Below are positions 12,200 through 24,902 of a stretch of 64,000 nt of DNA, piece by piece. A program made the translations under genes and the position numbers. Numbering within the stretch: the stretch's first letter is position 1; each line of letters begins with the position of its first letter. This DNA is from Amoebophrya sp. A120. Its lineage: Eukaryota; Protista; Dinoflagellata. Where the stretch lies: contig CAJINV010000006.1 in assembly GCA_905178155.1 (NCBI GenBank), forward strand, positions 3,712,255-3,776,254, written 5' to 3'. The notes beneath the pieces were generated by a model. The model searched no databases, was not told the origin of the DNA, and worked only from the letters and a program-made list of their open reading frames with translations.

Positions 12200-15100
12200 T
12201 ATCATCTACATCTTCTTCATCTTCCGTCGGCTTCTACCAGCTGAAACAAATCAATGAGCCTTGTAAATCAGAAACATCAAGAGAAACAGCATTTTCTTTA
12301 TTTTCTTCAGCGCTGCATCGTAACGCTGTCCGCGGGCGGTAGATGAAGTACGGCAGTCGCCGCTGTTGGTCCCGGAACTGCCACCAAAATCTGCTCCTGT
12401 ACGTACCAACTACTACCTCCCTTCCCAGCGCAGCTGGCGAGCCTGCAACTCCTTCTGTCCATACCAACTGTCTGTGTGGCCATGATGTCGCCCGGCTATC
12501 ACCATATGCATATCACATTCACAACCCACAGTGATGACGTAGTCACAATTACAGCCGATACTCCCGTCTACTTCACAGGATGTTGCATTGACTCTCCACG
12601 GTGAGACTACTGTCGTCGCGGTCTAAGTAGCCGCCGCAACAGGTAGGTGCGGCGCTTCACATTTCACAGCGACGTCGTCACAGTCCCAATCACGGCGATG
12701 GTGGTGGTAGTGCAACGTTACGACTTTTCGTCCCGGAACATCATATTTGGGTCCTGGGCATAAACAAGCCGTTGGCGAATGCTGCTGCAGTCCACAGTAC
12801 AGTACAAGACACCATCTCCAACTGCATCATCCTTCCTCGTTTCAGTCCACGTCAACAGCATCGAACCGCGGTGCTTCCGGTCAGCGAGAAACTTACCAAT
12901 CGCAGCTCCAACTGTCCACTACACGATGCTTACCAGTCGCAAGCAGGAGCGGCAAACATGATGGATCAACCACCGCTGAACCAAGAGCAGCGCGGGTCGT
13001 CCAGTAGCTGCTGTTCACCACGGCGCAGCTGGCGTCACTTGAACTTGTCGGAGGGGGACGCAGCAGTCCTTGTCCCCGCCACCCCCTGCGGAATTCCCGC
13101 TATCCATAGCAGCGCATCAAGGACCCGCTTCATCGCTCGTTTTTCTATGTTGGCCTGTGCGCCTGCACGAGGACCAGGTTTCGCGGGCCAATCCACAGCC
13201 ATCGCCTAATCGACGCCATTGCAGCCTCCACTATGAGGCAACACTATGCCTTTGCATCCGTCGCCCAGCGGCGAGCACAATCCACAACAACCGCAGCTAC
13301 GACGCGGTTGTCACTCCTATTCGCATCCACCACGTGATGGCCGCTTCCACCCACATCAGGAGCCACCGCTATCCGTACTAGCCGGGAGGGTTGGTATACA
13401 ACACGCGACGTTCACGGATTGTTCTCATGGCAGGCCAGACCGCCATCCAACATATCCAAATGCGCAACTTTGAATACTACCGTGGCGGCAGCCGAAGCTG
13501 CTGTCTCATGGTCACTGCGAAGACTTGTAGTCCAGACCGCGTCCTCGGTGGTCATCACTACAAGCAGATGCTGGACGATGAGTTGAAGCTGCAGCAGCTA
13601 CCGGCCCGTGCGTCGTCGGTCAATCGTGGGAAGATCGAAGGCTGATGCTCCCACCATGAGCGCCAGCGTTTATCGGTTCGATTCCGAAGTGCTGTCGCAT
13701 CCAGATCGTGCTTCTCGGCAAATCAGCACATCGCTGCTCGCGAAGATCCGTAGTCGAAGCTCCGTAAAATCTACCAGAAAGCGTTGTTTCCTGCAGTCCC
13801 CGTGTTTAGGCCAGATGTACTGGTGTCCACCATCCGTCCATCCTCTGTACGCAGCACAGTGGTGCGAAGCGCAAAGTCCACTACAAATAAGTCCGCTCAT
13901 CTTCGGATCAGCGCGCAGACTTCACTGTCCGCAGTGGGAGCTGCAGACGGAAACGCCCGCATCTGCGGTCACCTGGCGGCACCAGACGCGCCTCTAACTC
14001 GCTAGTTTTCAAAACGCGAGGAGTCGTGATATCTTCGCTTCGCACAGACACAATCATGGTGAACAAGGGCAACGAAGCATCGATCCTTCCTCCACAGATC
14101 AGCAGAGATGACCGGTATCCGTACCAGCCGGCACGCTTCGTATCCATCAGGAGATGCTGGCGGCTTTTTCCACAGCCGCCCGTATCCAAATTCGCAACTT
14201 GTAGTGCCACCAGTGACGACACGCGCACTTGCCGGACCGTCGACGCGATAGCCCCCGGTGGTCCGGACCACCGCGGCCATTGGCGCGGCAACAGCAGATG
14301 CTGGATTTTTAGATGAAGTAGCTGCAGCAGCTACACGTCCGTCTCCGTACATCGTCTACCGTGTTGAAGACCACGTAGAAAATGGTCCACGAGAGGCAGT
14401 TTCAGCTACTGGACGGCCGCGTACGAAACAGCGCCACTGCCACCTCTACTTTACTTCGCGCGGAATCACATCGCAGCACGTGATCAGTAGTTACAGCTCC
14501 GTAGTTGTATCTCTTCCAAGCCACTGTGTCCACAAAGGGAACATCTGCCTGCGCAACATCCGCACCAACGGCAGCTATGACGACGAATGATCCACCACAG
14601 CAAACGTTCAGCTCCATATCAACACGTAGATGACGCTCTATTCCTTAGCAGGAGGGGTTGGACTTGCGCATCTGCCCGCGGACGAAGCACGACCCGTGGT
14701 TGCAACAACCTGCCGGAAAAACCAGCTTCACCCCGGTGGCATCGTAGGTCGTAGTGTTATCGCTCCGCGCAGACAAAATCATGCTCGACAAGCACGACTA
14801 AGTATCGTTCCTCCGCAGCGCAGCGGTCCACGACGCAGAATCCACGGCTGTCCCGTAGCAGAAGAGTTCCACAATTGCCGCAGTTGCTCACATTGCCGTC
14901 CGCATTGGAATATAGTGCGGACGCCAAGATCTCTCTTCATCTGCTCCTGTCACGCGGCCGACAGCCGCGCTTTGTCCTCGGCGCCGTAGTCGCACTTTCC
15001 GGCTGCAACAGACAGCGGCCGCTCACCACAGAAGTGAACAGCGCATCTCCGTACAGACAATCGTAGTACGGTGCGCTGTACCACACGATGCGGCTGTCGG

Positions 15101-15550
15101 GTGCAGTAATATTGAACTACGCCAATCTCACCGGCGCTTCTTTCAACAAGGACAGTTGTCAAAGCCGTATCAGAACCAGGCAACACCCTTAGGTTGCGCT
15201 TCTACGACTGTATTTCTATTCGCCACAACAAGGGGAGCACGACACAAACAAGAAATCAACAACTAGTTGATGTAGCCTCAACGTAAACCAAAGGTGAATA
15301 CAGCGCTTCTAGAAAGTGCATTTAGATTTAGCACCGCGACGCATCCGTACCAACGCGTCCGATTAATCTCGAACAACATTTCCCCATCTCAGCTATCGCC
15401 CGCAGTGATAGGTACTACTGCTGTTTCATTCAGCGTGTGTAGCGCTAGCACTACTTCTCCTCGCTATCTTTTTGATATCGCAGACCTGCTTTGGACTGAG
15501 ATTTAATTCACAATTCTCAACAAAAGTTCAGCAGTTCTATTACTCACATA
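12200..15550 (-). mobile_element. Probable highly decayed Ty1/copia-like LTR retrotransposon internal region
   Basis: Broken minus-strand frames with weak motifs in copia order: SDTALT (~15170, protease-like), FAVVDHSS and LRCDSAR (~14600-14450, integrase-like), QDPNMMFR and DCDDVAV (~12750-12670, RT-like). No LTRs identified; boundaries approximate. Confidence 0.35.
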
Positions 15551-15629
15551 ACCTCCAGGTGGTGCTACTTATGGTCCGCACCAGTAGAAGTAGTTCTTGC
15601 ACTTCTTTGCAGACTGCGGCTGAATAAGC

Positions 15630-18600
15630 AACTCATTCACTCATTCACAACAAGCTTATCCGTTTAGTAGAGATCATCATCTTCTCTTTCGTCTTTTTGG
15701 ATGTGCTTACAAGTGTATCTCTCAAGCGTTTTCGCACTGTTGCCTCATCTTCGTGCGACGTATGTCCCATTACTCATCTTTTGGAACCATACGCCGCACA
15801 CTCTATATTCCTCTCGGCCCGATCCTTCGCAAAAATCTTCGGACTCGATTTCGAACTGCACCGGGGGGGAATTCACTGCTTCTTCCTTCGTCTGCCAGTA
15901 GTTGCCAGCGGCGCTGGGAAATCTTTCCCAGCGCCTGCCGCTTATGCTGGCGATGAAATTCGCCTGCCTCAGTTCCGCCTCCGCTTTTTGTTGCTGGATG
16001 TTTTCTCTCTGCTTGTTAGTTTTCTCTCGGCATTTTTCGGTCTTTCCCCGCCTGTCGCCCCTCCTTTGCTTTGGCAGTGGTTTTGTTGGCCGCTTGGCTA
16101 CTAGGTGAGCCTTGATGGCCCGAGCGGCTGGGGGGGCTTCGAGGTCTAGGAACTGGTCGATTGGTAGCCCGACCTCGTCAAAGTCGTCGCGGATTAGCCT
16201 GCCCCACGGCGTGCCTTTGCGCACTTCCTCTCTTGCAAGATAGTGACATGCCTCTTTCTTGTTGCGCAATGCATGCGCCATCCACGCCACGCGCCTCTCC
16301 CTGAGGATCGTCTCCACCGGTGGAACCCCTACCCGCTGGCAGAGTTCCAGCCTTCCGGCGTATTCTGCCTCCCCTTCGTCTGCGTCGTTTTCTTGGGCCA
16401 TTTGCCAGCCGCGTTTTTCTCCTTCTAGCGTCCGAAGCGTGCTGTGCTGGAACCATCTGAGGGCTTTCAGGTCGTTTTCGCGGGGCCGCCATGTTTCTGC
16501 GTTGTACAAGGCGACGGAGTTGACCAAGCTCCGATATAGTGCGGCCTTCAGGTTTTTGGAAATGTCCGGGTCTCTCCAGATGCAGTTTAGGGCCTGCACC
16601 GTTGCCCGCGCTATGCCCGTTCGCCGGGCCACTTCCTTGCTGGTTCCTGCGTTTCCTTCGACCTGTGTTCCTAGGTATTTAAAGACCCCGACGGTCTTTA
16701 TTTCGCTGCCGTCGAAGTTTCGCAGGTCTGCGGGAACCACTTCGCGCCCGCGCTCTGCTTTCTTTTTCTCGAGTATCTGTCTTCCTACCCGCAGCTGCCG
16801 CTCTTCTTCCTCCGTCTTTACTGGCCTGCAGAAGCCTGTCGCCTGATGGTACAGGAGGGCCTTCCTGTCGCCAAGGATGTCCCCACAGCGACTACACACA
16901 AACTTATTTCGTTCCGGATTTATGTGTCTGACCCGCCCCATGCGGTTGAGCCGCACGGGGGCCTCGTGCCATCGCCACCGCACGGTGACCCAGCCGTTTT
17001 TTTTGTAGATGCACCGGCTGAAGGTGCCGTTGTCCCAGGCAATCAGGTGTGTGGGCCTAATTCCCAGGTCCATCTTCGGCGCCTTGCGTGCGCCTTCCCG
17101 TAGTTCCGGCCGCAGGCCGGTGCCATTCCATTCGACGAGCCAACCGGACCACCGCGCGCCGCTTGCGTCGTCGTAGTAGCATCGTTCTTCTTTCGCCTCG
17201 TCGTCTTTTCTTTCGGGTGGCTCTAGGTTGAAGGTCATGGCCTCCGTTTTTTCCGCGTTCAGCGTCAAGCCCACGAACGCGCACGCGGCCGTGAGCTCTT
17301 TCAGGGCGGTGGCCGCGTCCTCCTTGCTGTCTGCGCGGAGGACCAGATCATCGACGTACCCCAACCAGGACAAGATTGATCGCTCAACCTGCTCGGCCGA
17401 CTTTCCCCAAATGCCCTTGCGTGTGAGCACTTTGGTTGTGACGCGCATCGCCCAGTCTAGTACCAGGATGAAGAGGAGCGGGCTCAGGCTCGACCCCTGC
17501 CTGATTCCGCACTTCTGGTCGATTTTGTCCGACAGCCCCTGCGCGCCCGTCTTTAGGCGGATGCTTGACCCGTCGTAAATTTCTTCCACTATCCTGGCAA
17601 GCCCTGGCGGCATGCCCTGCAGAAGAAGAATTTGCCGCATCTTGTCCCACGCGAGTGAGTCATACGCTTTGCAGAAGTCGACGAAGATGAGGACCATGTC
17701 CTCGTCGTCTCGTATCGCCTGCTCCAATCTGCGCAGCAGAATGAACACGCCGTTGCGGCAGGATAGCCCGGCCACCGACCCCTTTTGCCGCTCGTCTACA
17801 GCTGCGTAGGCTGTTTCCTTGATGCGGTTCAAGATCAGGAGGCTGAGGACTTTTTCGCCGACTGTTAAGAGGGCGACGGGGCGATAATTCTTTGGCGCGT
17901 TTTTGGGCCCGGATTTGTACAGGAGTGCTACTGCCGCCTCGAGCCAGCTTGGGGGGATTTTTTCGCCAGCAAATATTTTCTTCACCACAGTGCGAAGGAC
18001 CCGCCGGCCCAGCTCACTGTTGGCGAAGAACTCGGCCGGCATACTTCCGGCATAAGATTTGCGCGACTTTAACTCGTTGATACCTGCGCTGATTTCGTCA
18101 TCCGAGATTTCCCCCTCGAAAGCTTGGGCCCACTCCGGCCGCGCGGCGTTCCTGTTCAGCTCCTCCATGCACTCCCGCCAGGCGTCTGTTTGTTGTAGCT
18201 CTGCCGCAGGCTCCGGTCGTGGTTGTCCGAGGATGCCACGCCAAAACTCCACACGCTTCGCATTCCCGCCTGGTAGGCTGGTCGGCTGCCCTTTCCTGGC
18301 TTTTCCGGCAAGCTGCCGCACTACCTCGGATGTAGCACGCGCGTCTCCCCGGTGTTCCGCCTTCTGCAGGTCCTCTATCTTCCCCTTCACCCATTCTTGT
18401 TTGTCCGCCCGCACCGCCTGTTTAATCGCCTTCGCCATGCGCTTCTGCTCTGCTTTCGTCATCTTTCCATCGGCCTGCACCCTGCTACGATCCTGGATTA
18501 GCTTCCATGTCCGGTCTGTGATCCATGGTTTCTTCGGGCCCCTCTTTTCTGCCGGCCACTCGCGGTCGAGAGTGCCGCGGAGGATCCTTTCGAACTCCGT

Positions 18601-19860
18601 CCACACTTGCTCGGCTGTCATCGTGTCCCCTTCCATTGCTTCCAGTTTCTCTTCTGTGAGCGTAGCAGCCATTTTCTCGTCCACCACACTTGCAAACTCC
18701 TTCGTCCGTTCCAGCTGTCTCCACGGCTCTTTTTTCGTTCTTTGCTTTCGCATCAGGCCGGGCTGGAAGGAGAAGGTGGCCATCCTGTGGTCCGAGAGTG
18801 TAAGTGTCCGCGCTTCGACGTTCTGGTCGCTAAATAAGCCCCGATCCCGGAACTTGGCCAGGGCGCGGTCGTACTCCCGGAGCTTCCTCCCCTGTGGAAA
18901 GCTGCCCCGGAAAGTCCACCGCCTGCGCCAGGGTTTGCGGTTTATCGTGGAGAGGTCAAGGAGTTCGCTTCTGGCCGCGAACTCCAGGTGCCTTCTGTTA
19001 TTGTCACTGCCCAGGGCCCAGTCCGCGCTGAGCCCCGCCTTCCCGATCGTGTATGGCAAGCCGGCATCGGCGAGCTCACACTGCGGGCCACCAATCTCGC
19101 AGTTCCAATCACCAGCGAAAGCCTGAACGTCGTAGGCTGAGTGCGACTCGAGGTCGCGCTGGAGGGCTTGGTAAAAATTGATCTTCTTCGCCGCCTCCGC
19201 GCCCTCGGTGGGCGCGTACACCGAATGCAGATGCACCTTCTTGCTGTATTTCGTGCAGACCGTCACCCGCACGTGCCGGCTGCACTCACGCGCACTTACT
19301 CCCTCGACATGGATGGAGCGGTGGATCAGGATCATAGTGCCATAAATAAGCCCGCCTGATTTGCTCCGCTCCGCTCCCCCCCCGTACGCGAGATACTCGC
19401 TTTCCGCAATCTGCTCGCCGACGAGCCACCGCTCTTCACCACCAACAGGCCCTTGCTTCGGGCGTCCTCCACCAGTGCGCGGCGCTCTTTGCTGTCTCCG
19501 TGTCGCGAGTCCTTGCCGAGTGTTCGCGCGTTTATGGTGCCCATCCTCAACGCTGGTATCTTTTTCCAGTCTCGGCGGGGTATCTCCCCACCGGCCACCG
19601 CGGTGTCGCTCCGCATTGTGGCAGCTGCCCGCGATCGATATCTTCGATCACGAGGAGTTATTCGTCTTTTCGCAAAAGTGTAATGCTCTGTCCGGGGACG
19701 AGGCCCGCGGACAGAAGAGTTCCGCTCTGTAGAAGTCAGGGGGCGCGCGCCCTTCTCACCAGGAGGTCCTGGTGTGGCCGGGGTCTTTCTTTTTTTTTTT
19801 TGATTTTTTTTGGCTCTTGTTTTTTTTTTTTTTGCGCCCTCCTGCTTCTTCCCTTCAAGA
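15630..19860 (-). mobile_element. Non-LTR retrotransposon (LINE, APE endonuclease + RT, RTE-like), frameshifted near its N-terminus
   Basis: Contains the RT ORF below. Short TGAATGAG tandem at the presumed 3' end (~15632-15648); A-rich 5' region. No TSD found; boundaries approximate. Confidence 0.85.
15745..19616 (-). CDS. LINE endonuclease/reverse transcriptase (main ORF 15745-19335, 1196 aa; N-terminal APE motif in another frame, 19332-19616)
   Basis: APE: MGTINARTL, SVYAPT, GDWN, SDH. RT: NYRPVALL, FVDFCKAYDS, GIRQGSSLSPLLF, YVDD, GLTLNAEKT, FKYLG, LYNAETW. Confidence 0.92.
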
Positions 19861-20643
19861 CTTCCTAAGTGCTTGCGGTGCTTTAATAATTTTGATTGTG
19901 CGAGGCTGTAGTGCTAGTCTGCGTCGCTCGTTTGAGATAAAGCTACACTTGCTAAATATGCCAGCAAAAGAGCACTGCGATTGGCGGTCGCAGGTCTATA
20001 GATGGGCCTCGTTTTTCCGGTGGTTCAACTAAACCATATGCGAGTGCGGCCCATCAATCCGTCGATCCTGTGCGAGATCGTGCGCGTGCACTTTAATTAG
20101 GTGTCGTCGTGCAGTGCGTTTAAACTTTAGGAATAAATATGTCGCTATGCAGTTGGCTCAGAAACTTTAGTAGTTTTTCAAAAGATGTCGCGAAAGAGAA
20201 ACAAAGTCAATTCCTAGCGCGGACCGTTTACGCCTAGAATCCATCGATTCTGTTCTGCAAAGTTGTGCGAAAAGGTGGAAAAACAAGAGAAAAACAACAA
20301 AAAAAAAAACAAAAAAAAAGTAAAAAAAGTTGAATAAGCAAAAAGAAGTAAAAGATGACATTGTCGTGAAACAGCATCTATCACCTCCTCTGAAGGTCGA
20401 CTGTCGAAGTCCAGGTTGTAGAGTAATCCTCCCAAGAGCAATAAAACAATGTCTTTCATTGAAATTGTTTTTGTAAAGCTGAAATTTAGAAATAGCAGTA
20501 GGTTGAGCAATAATCTCATCAGCAAGTATTGCCGAATTTTCGCACGAAGAGTACTATCTCGAAATAATCAGCTTATAGTTTTTCAAAACCGTCTTCTTGG
20601 GTAAGTGAAGAATCAAACGTTTCTGAGCCGCGTCTCAACGACT

Positions 20644-22877
20644 TTAGAATTCGTCACCATAGCCTTCCTCCTCACCTTCACCCTCGGCGGTCTCGATGCC
20701 GACCTCCTCGTAATCCTTCTCCAGGGCGGCCAAATCCTCACGGGCCTCGGAGAACTCGCCCTCCTCCATACCCTCACCGACGTACCAGTGGACGAAGGCG
20801 CGCTTGGAGTACATCAAATCGAACTTGTGGTCGATGCGGGAGAACACCTCCGCGATGGCGGTGGAGTTGGAGATCATGCACACGGCGCGCATCACCTTGG
20901 CCAGGTCGCCACCCGGCACGACGGTGGGCGGCTCGTTATCCACAGTAAATTTCTCGTAGACGCACAAATGCGGTCTCCGCATGACAAAACTTGGCTTCGA
21001 TTCTAGTGTAGCACGACAAGTTTTACGCATCAAATTGGTAGAATTTGTGATGCATCTTGTACATGTACGGGAAATTTGTATTGCATACTGGTAGTTGATA
21101 CCGCACTTGAAGCCGGTCGGGGACCAGTCGACAAACTGGATGGTGTATGGGATGCAAACATGTCTTGTTCTGGAGAATTGTGACGCTAGTTTGTGACTGG
21201 TGGCGACACTGCGATATGCAGTCACGCATGACAAGCTTTGCACGAGCAACTATCTGTTCCGGTTTCCACATGACATTAGGGAAGAATCTATTCTCCTCAT
21301 CATGCATTACAGATTTCAGCATTGCAAACTATAGTACATGTGCGATAAGCATGGCAAACTATACACTTTTCCAGACGCAGACATATTTGTATTGCGTATG
21401 GTGCGCTTGGTCTTGATGGTGGCGACGGAGGCGTTCACGTCCTTCGGGACGACGTCACCACGGTACATGAGGCAGCAGGCCATGTACTTACCGTGACGCG
21501 GGTCGCACTTGACCATCATGGAGGCCGGCTCGAACACGGAGTTGGTCAGCTCGGCCACGGACAGCTGCTCGTGGTAGGCCTTCTCCGCGGAGATGATCGG
21601 CGCGTACGAGGTCAACATAAAGTGGATACGCGGGTACGGCACCAGGTTGGTCTGGAACTCGGTCACATCCACGTTCAGCGCACCTGGGATAGGAAGATGT
21701 TGAGGATATCACAAAGTCTGGATGATCGATTTCCCGTGACTAGAAACAGACGCGTATTAATTATACCATTCCTCGAGGTTTCCTTGCATGACAAACTTTC
21801 AATTCTAAAACATGAGAAAGCGAATCAGCAACTCGCATCTACCAAAGAGGAACGATGAGCACTTGTCCATCATACAAGTCATGAAGATTTCCCTCAAGAC
21901 AAGCATTTTTGTGTGCGCACACTCTCAAACTAGTATAGCTTCAGAAGTGTCAAAAACCTGTATACCATCGAAGCGCAGAGACGCGGTCAAGGACGAGATG
22001 ATCTGGGCGACCAGGCGGTTCAAGTTGGTGTAGGTCGGGCGCTCAATGTCCAAGTTGCGGCGACAGATGTCGTACAGAGCCTCGTTGTCGACCTGGTTGG
22101 TGACGTCGGTGTGCTCCAACAGGGAGTGGACGCACAGCACGGTGTTGTACGGCTCGACCACGGCGGTGGACACCTGGGGGCAGCACCACACGGTGAAGGA
22201 GATCTTGGACTTCTTACCGTAATCGACGGACAGACGCTCCATCATCAGGCAGCCCAAACCGGAACCGGTACCACCACCGACGGCGTGGTAGATCAGGAAG
22301 CCCTGCAGACCGGTACAGTTGTCGGCCAACTTACGGATGCGGTCCAAGCACAAGTCGACGATCTCCTTACCGATGGTGTAGTGACCGCGGGCGAAGTTGT
22401 TCGCGGCGTCCTCCTTACCGGAGATCAGCTGTTCCGGGTGGAACAACTGACGGTAGGTACCGGTGCGGACCTCATCGATCACGGTGGGCTCCAGATCGAC
22501 GAACACGCAGCGGGGGACGTGCTTGCCGGCACCAGTCTCGGAAAAGAAGGTGTTGAAGGCGTCGTCACCACCGCCGATGGTCTTGTCAGACGGCATCTGA
22601 CCATCCGGCTGGATACCTGGGAAGGTGTTTGTGAGTAGATCATCATTACATCGTGATATTTTTCCAAACTAAAAAACAAAATTTGAATCACGCTGGAAAC
22701 GCAATGAAAACCAACTACTTAAGTAGCTTCTACTTCATCTTTCGATACGGTGACGAAACTGAAATTTATTACGAAGTGCAAAATTAAAATACCGTGCTCC
22801 AAGCAAAACAGCTCCCAGCAGGCGTTACCGATCTGGACACCGGCCTGACCGATGTGAATGCAGATAGCTTCACGCAT
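20644..22877 (-). CDS. TUBA: Alpha-tubulin, 5 exons
   Basis: [13 protein letters not shown]...GGGTGSG...[13 protein letters not shown] introns 22617-22792 and 21684-21965. Non-canonical introns 21141-21398 and 20932-21087. Confidence 0.98.
20937..21087. mobile_element. Introner, family D (TATCCACAGTAAATTTC / GAAATTTGTATTGCATA), in alpha-tubulin
   Basis: DR ctcgt/ctggt; removal restores NYQ-PPTVV. Relatives at 10927, 31377, 32510, 35542, 60778. Confidence 0.93.
21146..21398. mobile_element. Introner, degenerate family A, in alpha-tubulin
   Basis: DR tggtg/tggtg; removal restores KRTI-QFVDW. Confidence 0.93.
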
Positions 22878-24404
22878 CTTGTGATAGATTTGTGCCGCTA
22901 AAGCGCAAGAAAAAAGATTAGTACTTCGTTTCCGCTAAGGAGTTTTGGGTTGAGAGAAGAATTGATGTTTCGAAGTCAATTTGCAATCTAAATGTGCGAT
23001 TTACGAAAGTGAAAGTGTATCGTCCAGCTTACAAGTTATAATGCGTGACTTCGAGTTGACCTCTCAATTGACGTTTGATGCGTTAAGCGAGCTAGCCATG
23101 AGCTGGGGAAGGACGCAAAACAACAGCACGCATTTGATGTAGAAACGGGCTTGGTGAGGGGGAGTAAACAACGTTAAAACGTAGTCTCGATAAGGACGAA
23201 ATCTTAGTGTAGATAACCGACTCGGCATCTACGACTCCGTGTGCCTGCAAGGACGAGGAGCTCCCGTAAGTTGAGTTCCAACCAACGCACAGCTCATCTG
23301 TCACGCAAAATAAAAGTCACTTGTGCTTAGTTAGAAAAGAACACCTAGTACATGACTGATTCAACTACGGACAAAACCTCTCATCGGTGAAACATTGCTA
23401 TAAAGTGCTCTGAAGTGGATTTGAGTTTTCATTTCCGTCATCGGAAAGCTGCACTCGCTAGGTAGGGCGCGCCGCGACTGTGTCAGGTACGCGAAGTGAA
23501 AAAGCCCCTACACAAAATAGACCTTCCTTTCTATTCTGCTTGTTAGACGGCAGTTTCAACTACTTACAGAACGCAGTGGATCATGCATTGACTCCACCGA
23601 CCTGCATTGAGCACGATCTGTCATCTCCATCAAGACATCTCCTTCTTGGCCGCCATCTTGCAAAATTATAAATATGTCCTTGCAAGAAAACAAAAATAAA
23701 CGTCCCTCAATTCCCCTACGGTTTCCGAGATGTAGTTCGGAATGATGAAAACGCAAAGTAGAAAACTGCTATAGAAGTACATCATGAAAGTAATCACCTG
23801 TTGCAATGAAAACTATCTCGCTCATGAATATCTATATAATCATAGCAGAGCACTGATATCTGATCACTTCTACCAAGAATAATACCACTGGAGTACCAGC
23901 ACCAAGTGTTTCATCGTGATGTAACCGATGCGGAAATGCAGGCAGCTTGAAATTAAAAACGCTTTCTCTTGGAAGTCTGCCAGTTGCCTCTCGTGAAAGC
24001 GCAATGATGATGATGTTACCCCGTAAAGCGGTTAAGGTGTTGAAGAACTAAAGCGCTCACGCCGTGCTTTCCGGTGCGTCCTGGGAAATACTCGCGCGCA
24101 AAATCCCCACTCGTGTTTTTGCTCTCCCAGCACATCAGCTCATCTCTCGCACTCTGCTCCCCTGAGCAACAAGCTCTGTAATCACAAGAGGCCCGCAAGA
24201 CACTCGGCCGATGGGCGGCCGCCAGCAGCTACGCCGCGTGGAAATCATTGGACAACTAAGAGAAGTCGCGTAGCGTACCTACGAGCAATGACTTCTCGCA
24301 AGAGTCCGCCGACAAAAACAATCATTACAGGACTTTAGCTACAAACCGCAGTGGAGTTGACACCACAAGCAGGAGCGTCCTGGACCTGGCGAGAATGAAG
24401 ATCA

Positions 24405-24902
24405 TTATAACTTCGTGCGCGCGCTCTCTGGGCAGGTCAGACCCTCCGCCACAAACTCGCCAACGCAGGCGCCATTGGGGTCAGAGGAGACGCAGCGCGC
24501 CATTAGAAATCCGCCAGCGGCCGGCTTGCACACACACCCTTCAACGGAGCGCACCCGGGCACAGACATGCAAGTTCACATCAAGGCCACCGAAGCGGGGA
24601 TTGTTCGCGTAGAGGCCCTCGATCCTGGGACCGCTACGTGGCTGAAACGAAAAGTCAAAAAACCCTTCGTTTTGCGGCAATAGTCCGCGGGAGAGTTCCA
24701 ACGCACTCACCGTCTTTTCGCCTTCGTCGTTACGGCCCTCCGGAGCGGAGCCGCGCAGGCTGCCGGCCTTGGAATCCCCGTTCGACAGGGTTTCCACCTC
24801 CGTGGTGCCCGCCACGCTGGAGGGGTCAATCGCCTTCGACAAGGCGATCGGACCCCCCCCCGCCGCCGCAAACAAGCTGATCTTCTTCATCATCTGCGTC
24901 AT
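24405..24902 (-). CDS. Hypothetical intronless protein with Cys-rich C-terminus
   Basis: GC-rich open frame (ORF 24405-24992; first ATG ~24902), six Cys near the end. No recognised family. Confidence 0.4.
   Translation of the reverse strand: MTQMMKKISLFAAAGGGPIALSKAIDPSSVAGTTEVETLSNGDSKAGSLRGSAPEGRNDEGEKTVSALELSRGLLPQNEGFFDFSFQPRSGPRIEGLYANNPRFGGLDVNLHVCARVRSVEGCVCKPAAGGFLMARCVSSDPNGACVGEFVAEGLTCPESARTKL

Noticed and set aside
18059-19126. 355-aa plus-strand ORF and other plus-strand ORFs over the LINE, tubulin and GT8
   Set aside because: Antisense shadows of GC-rich coding sequence.
19785-20350. Poly-T and poly-A tracts as a LINE poly(A) tail or TSD
   Set aside because: They lie at the 5' side of the minus-strand LINE or in tubulin downstream sequence; no matching duplication was found.
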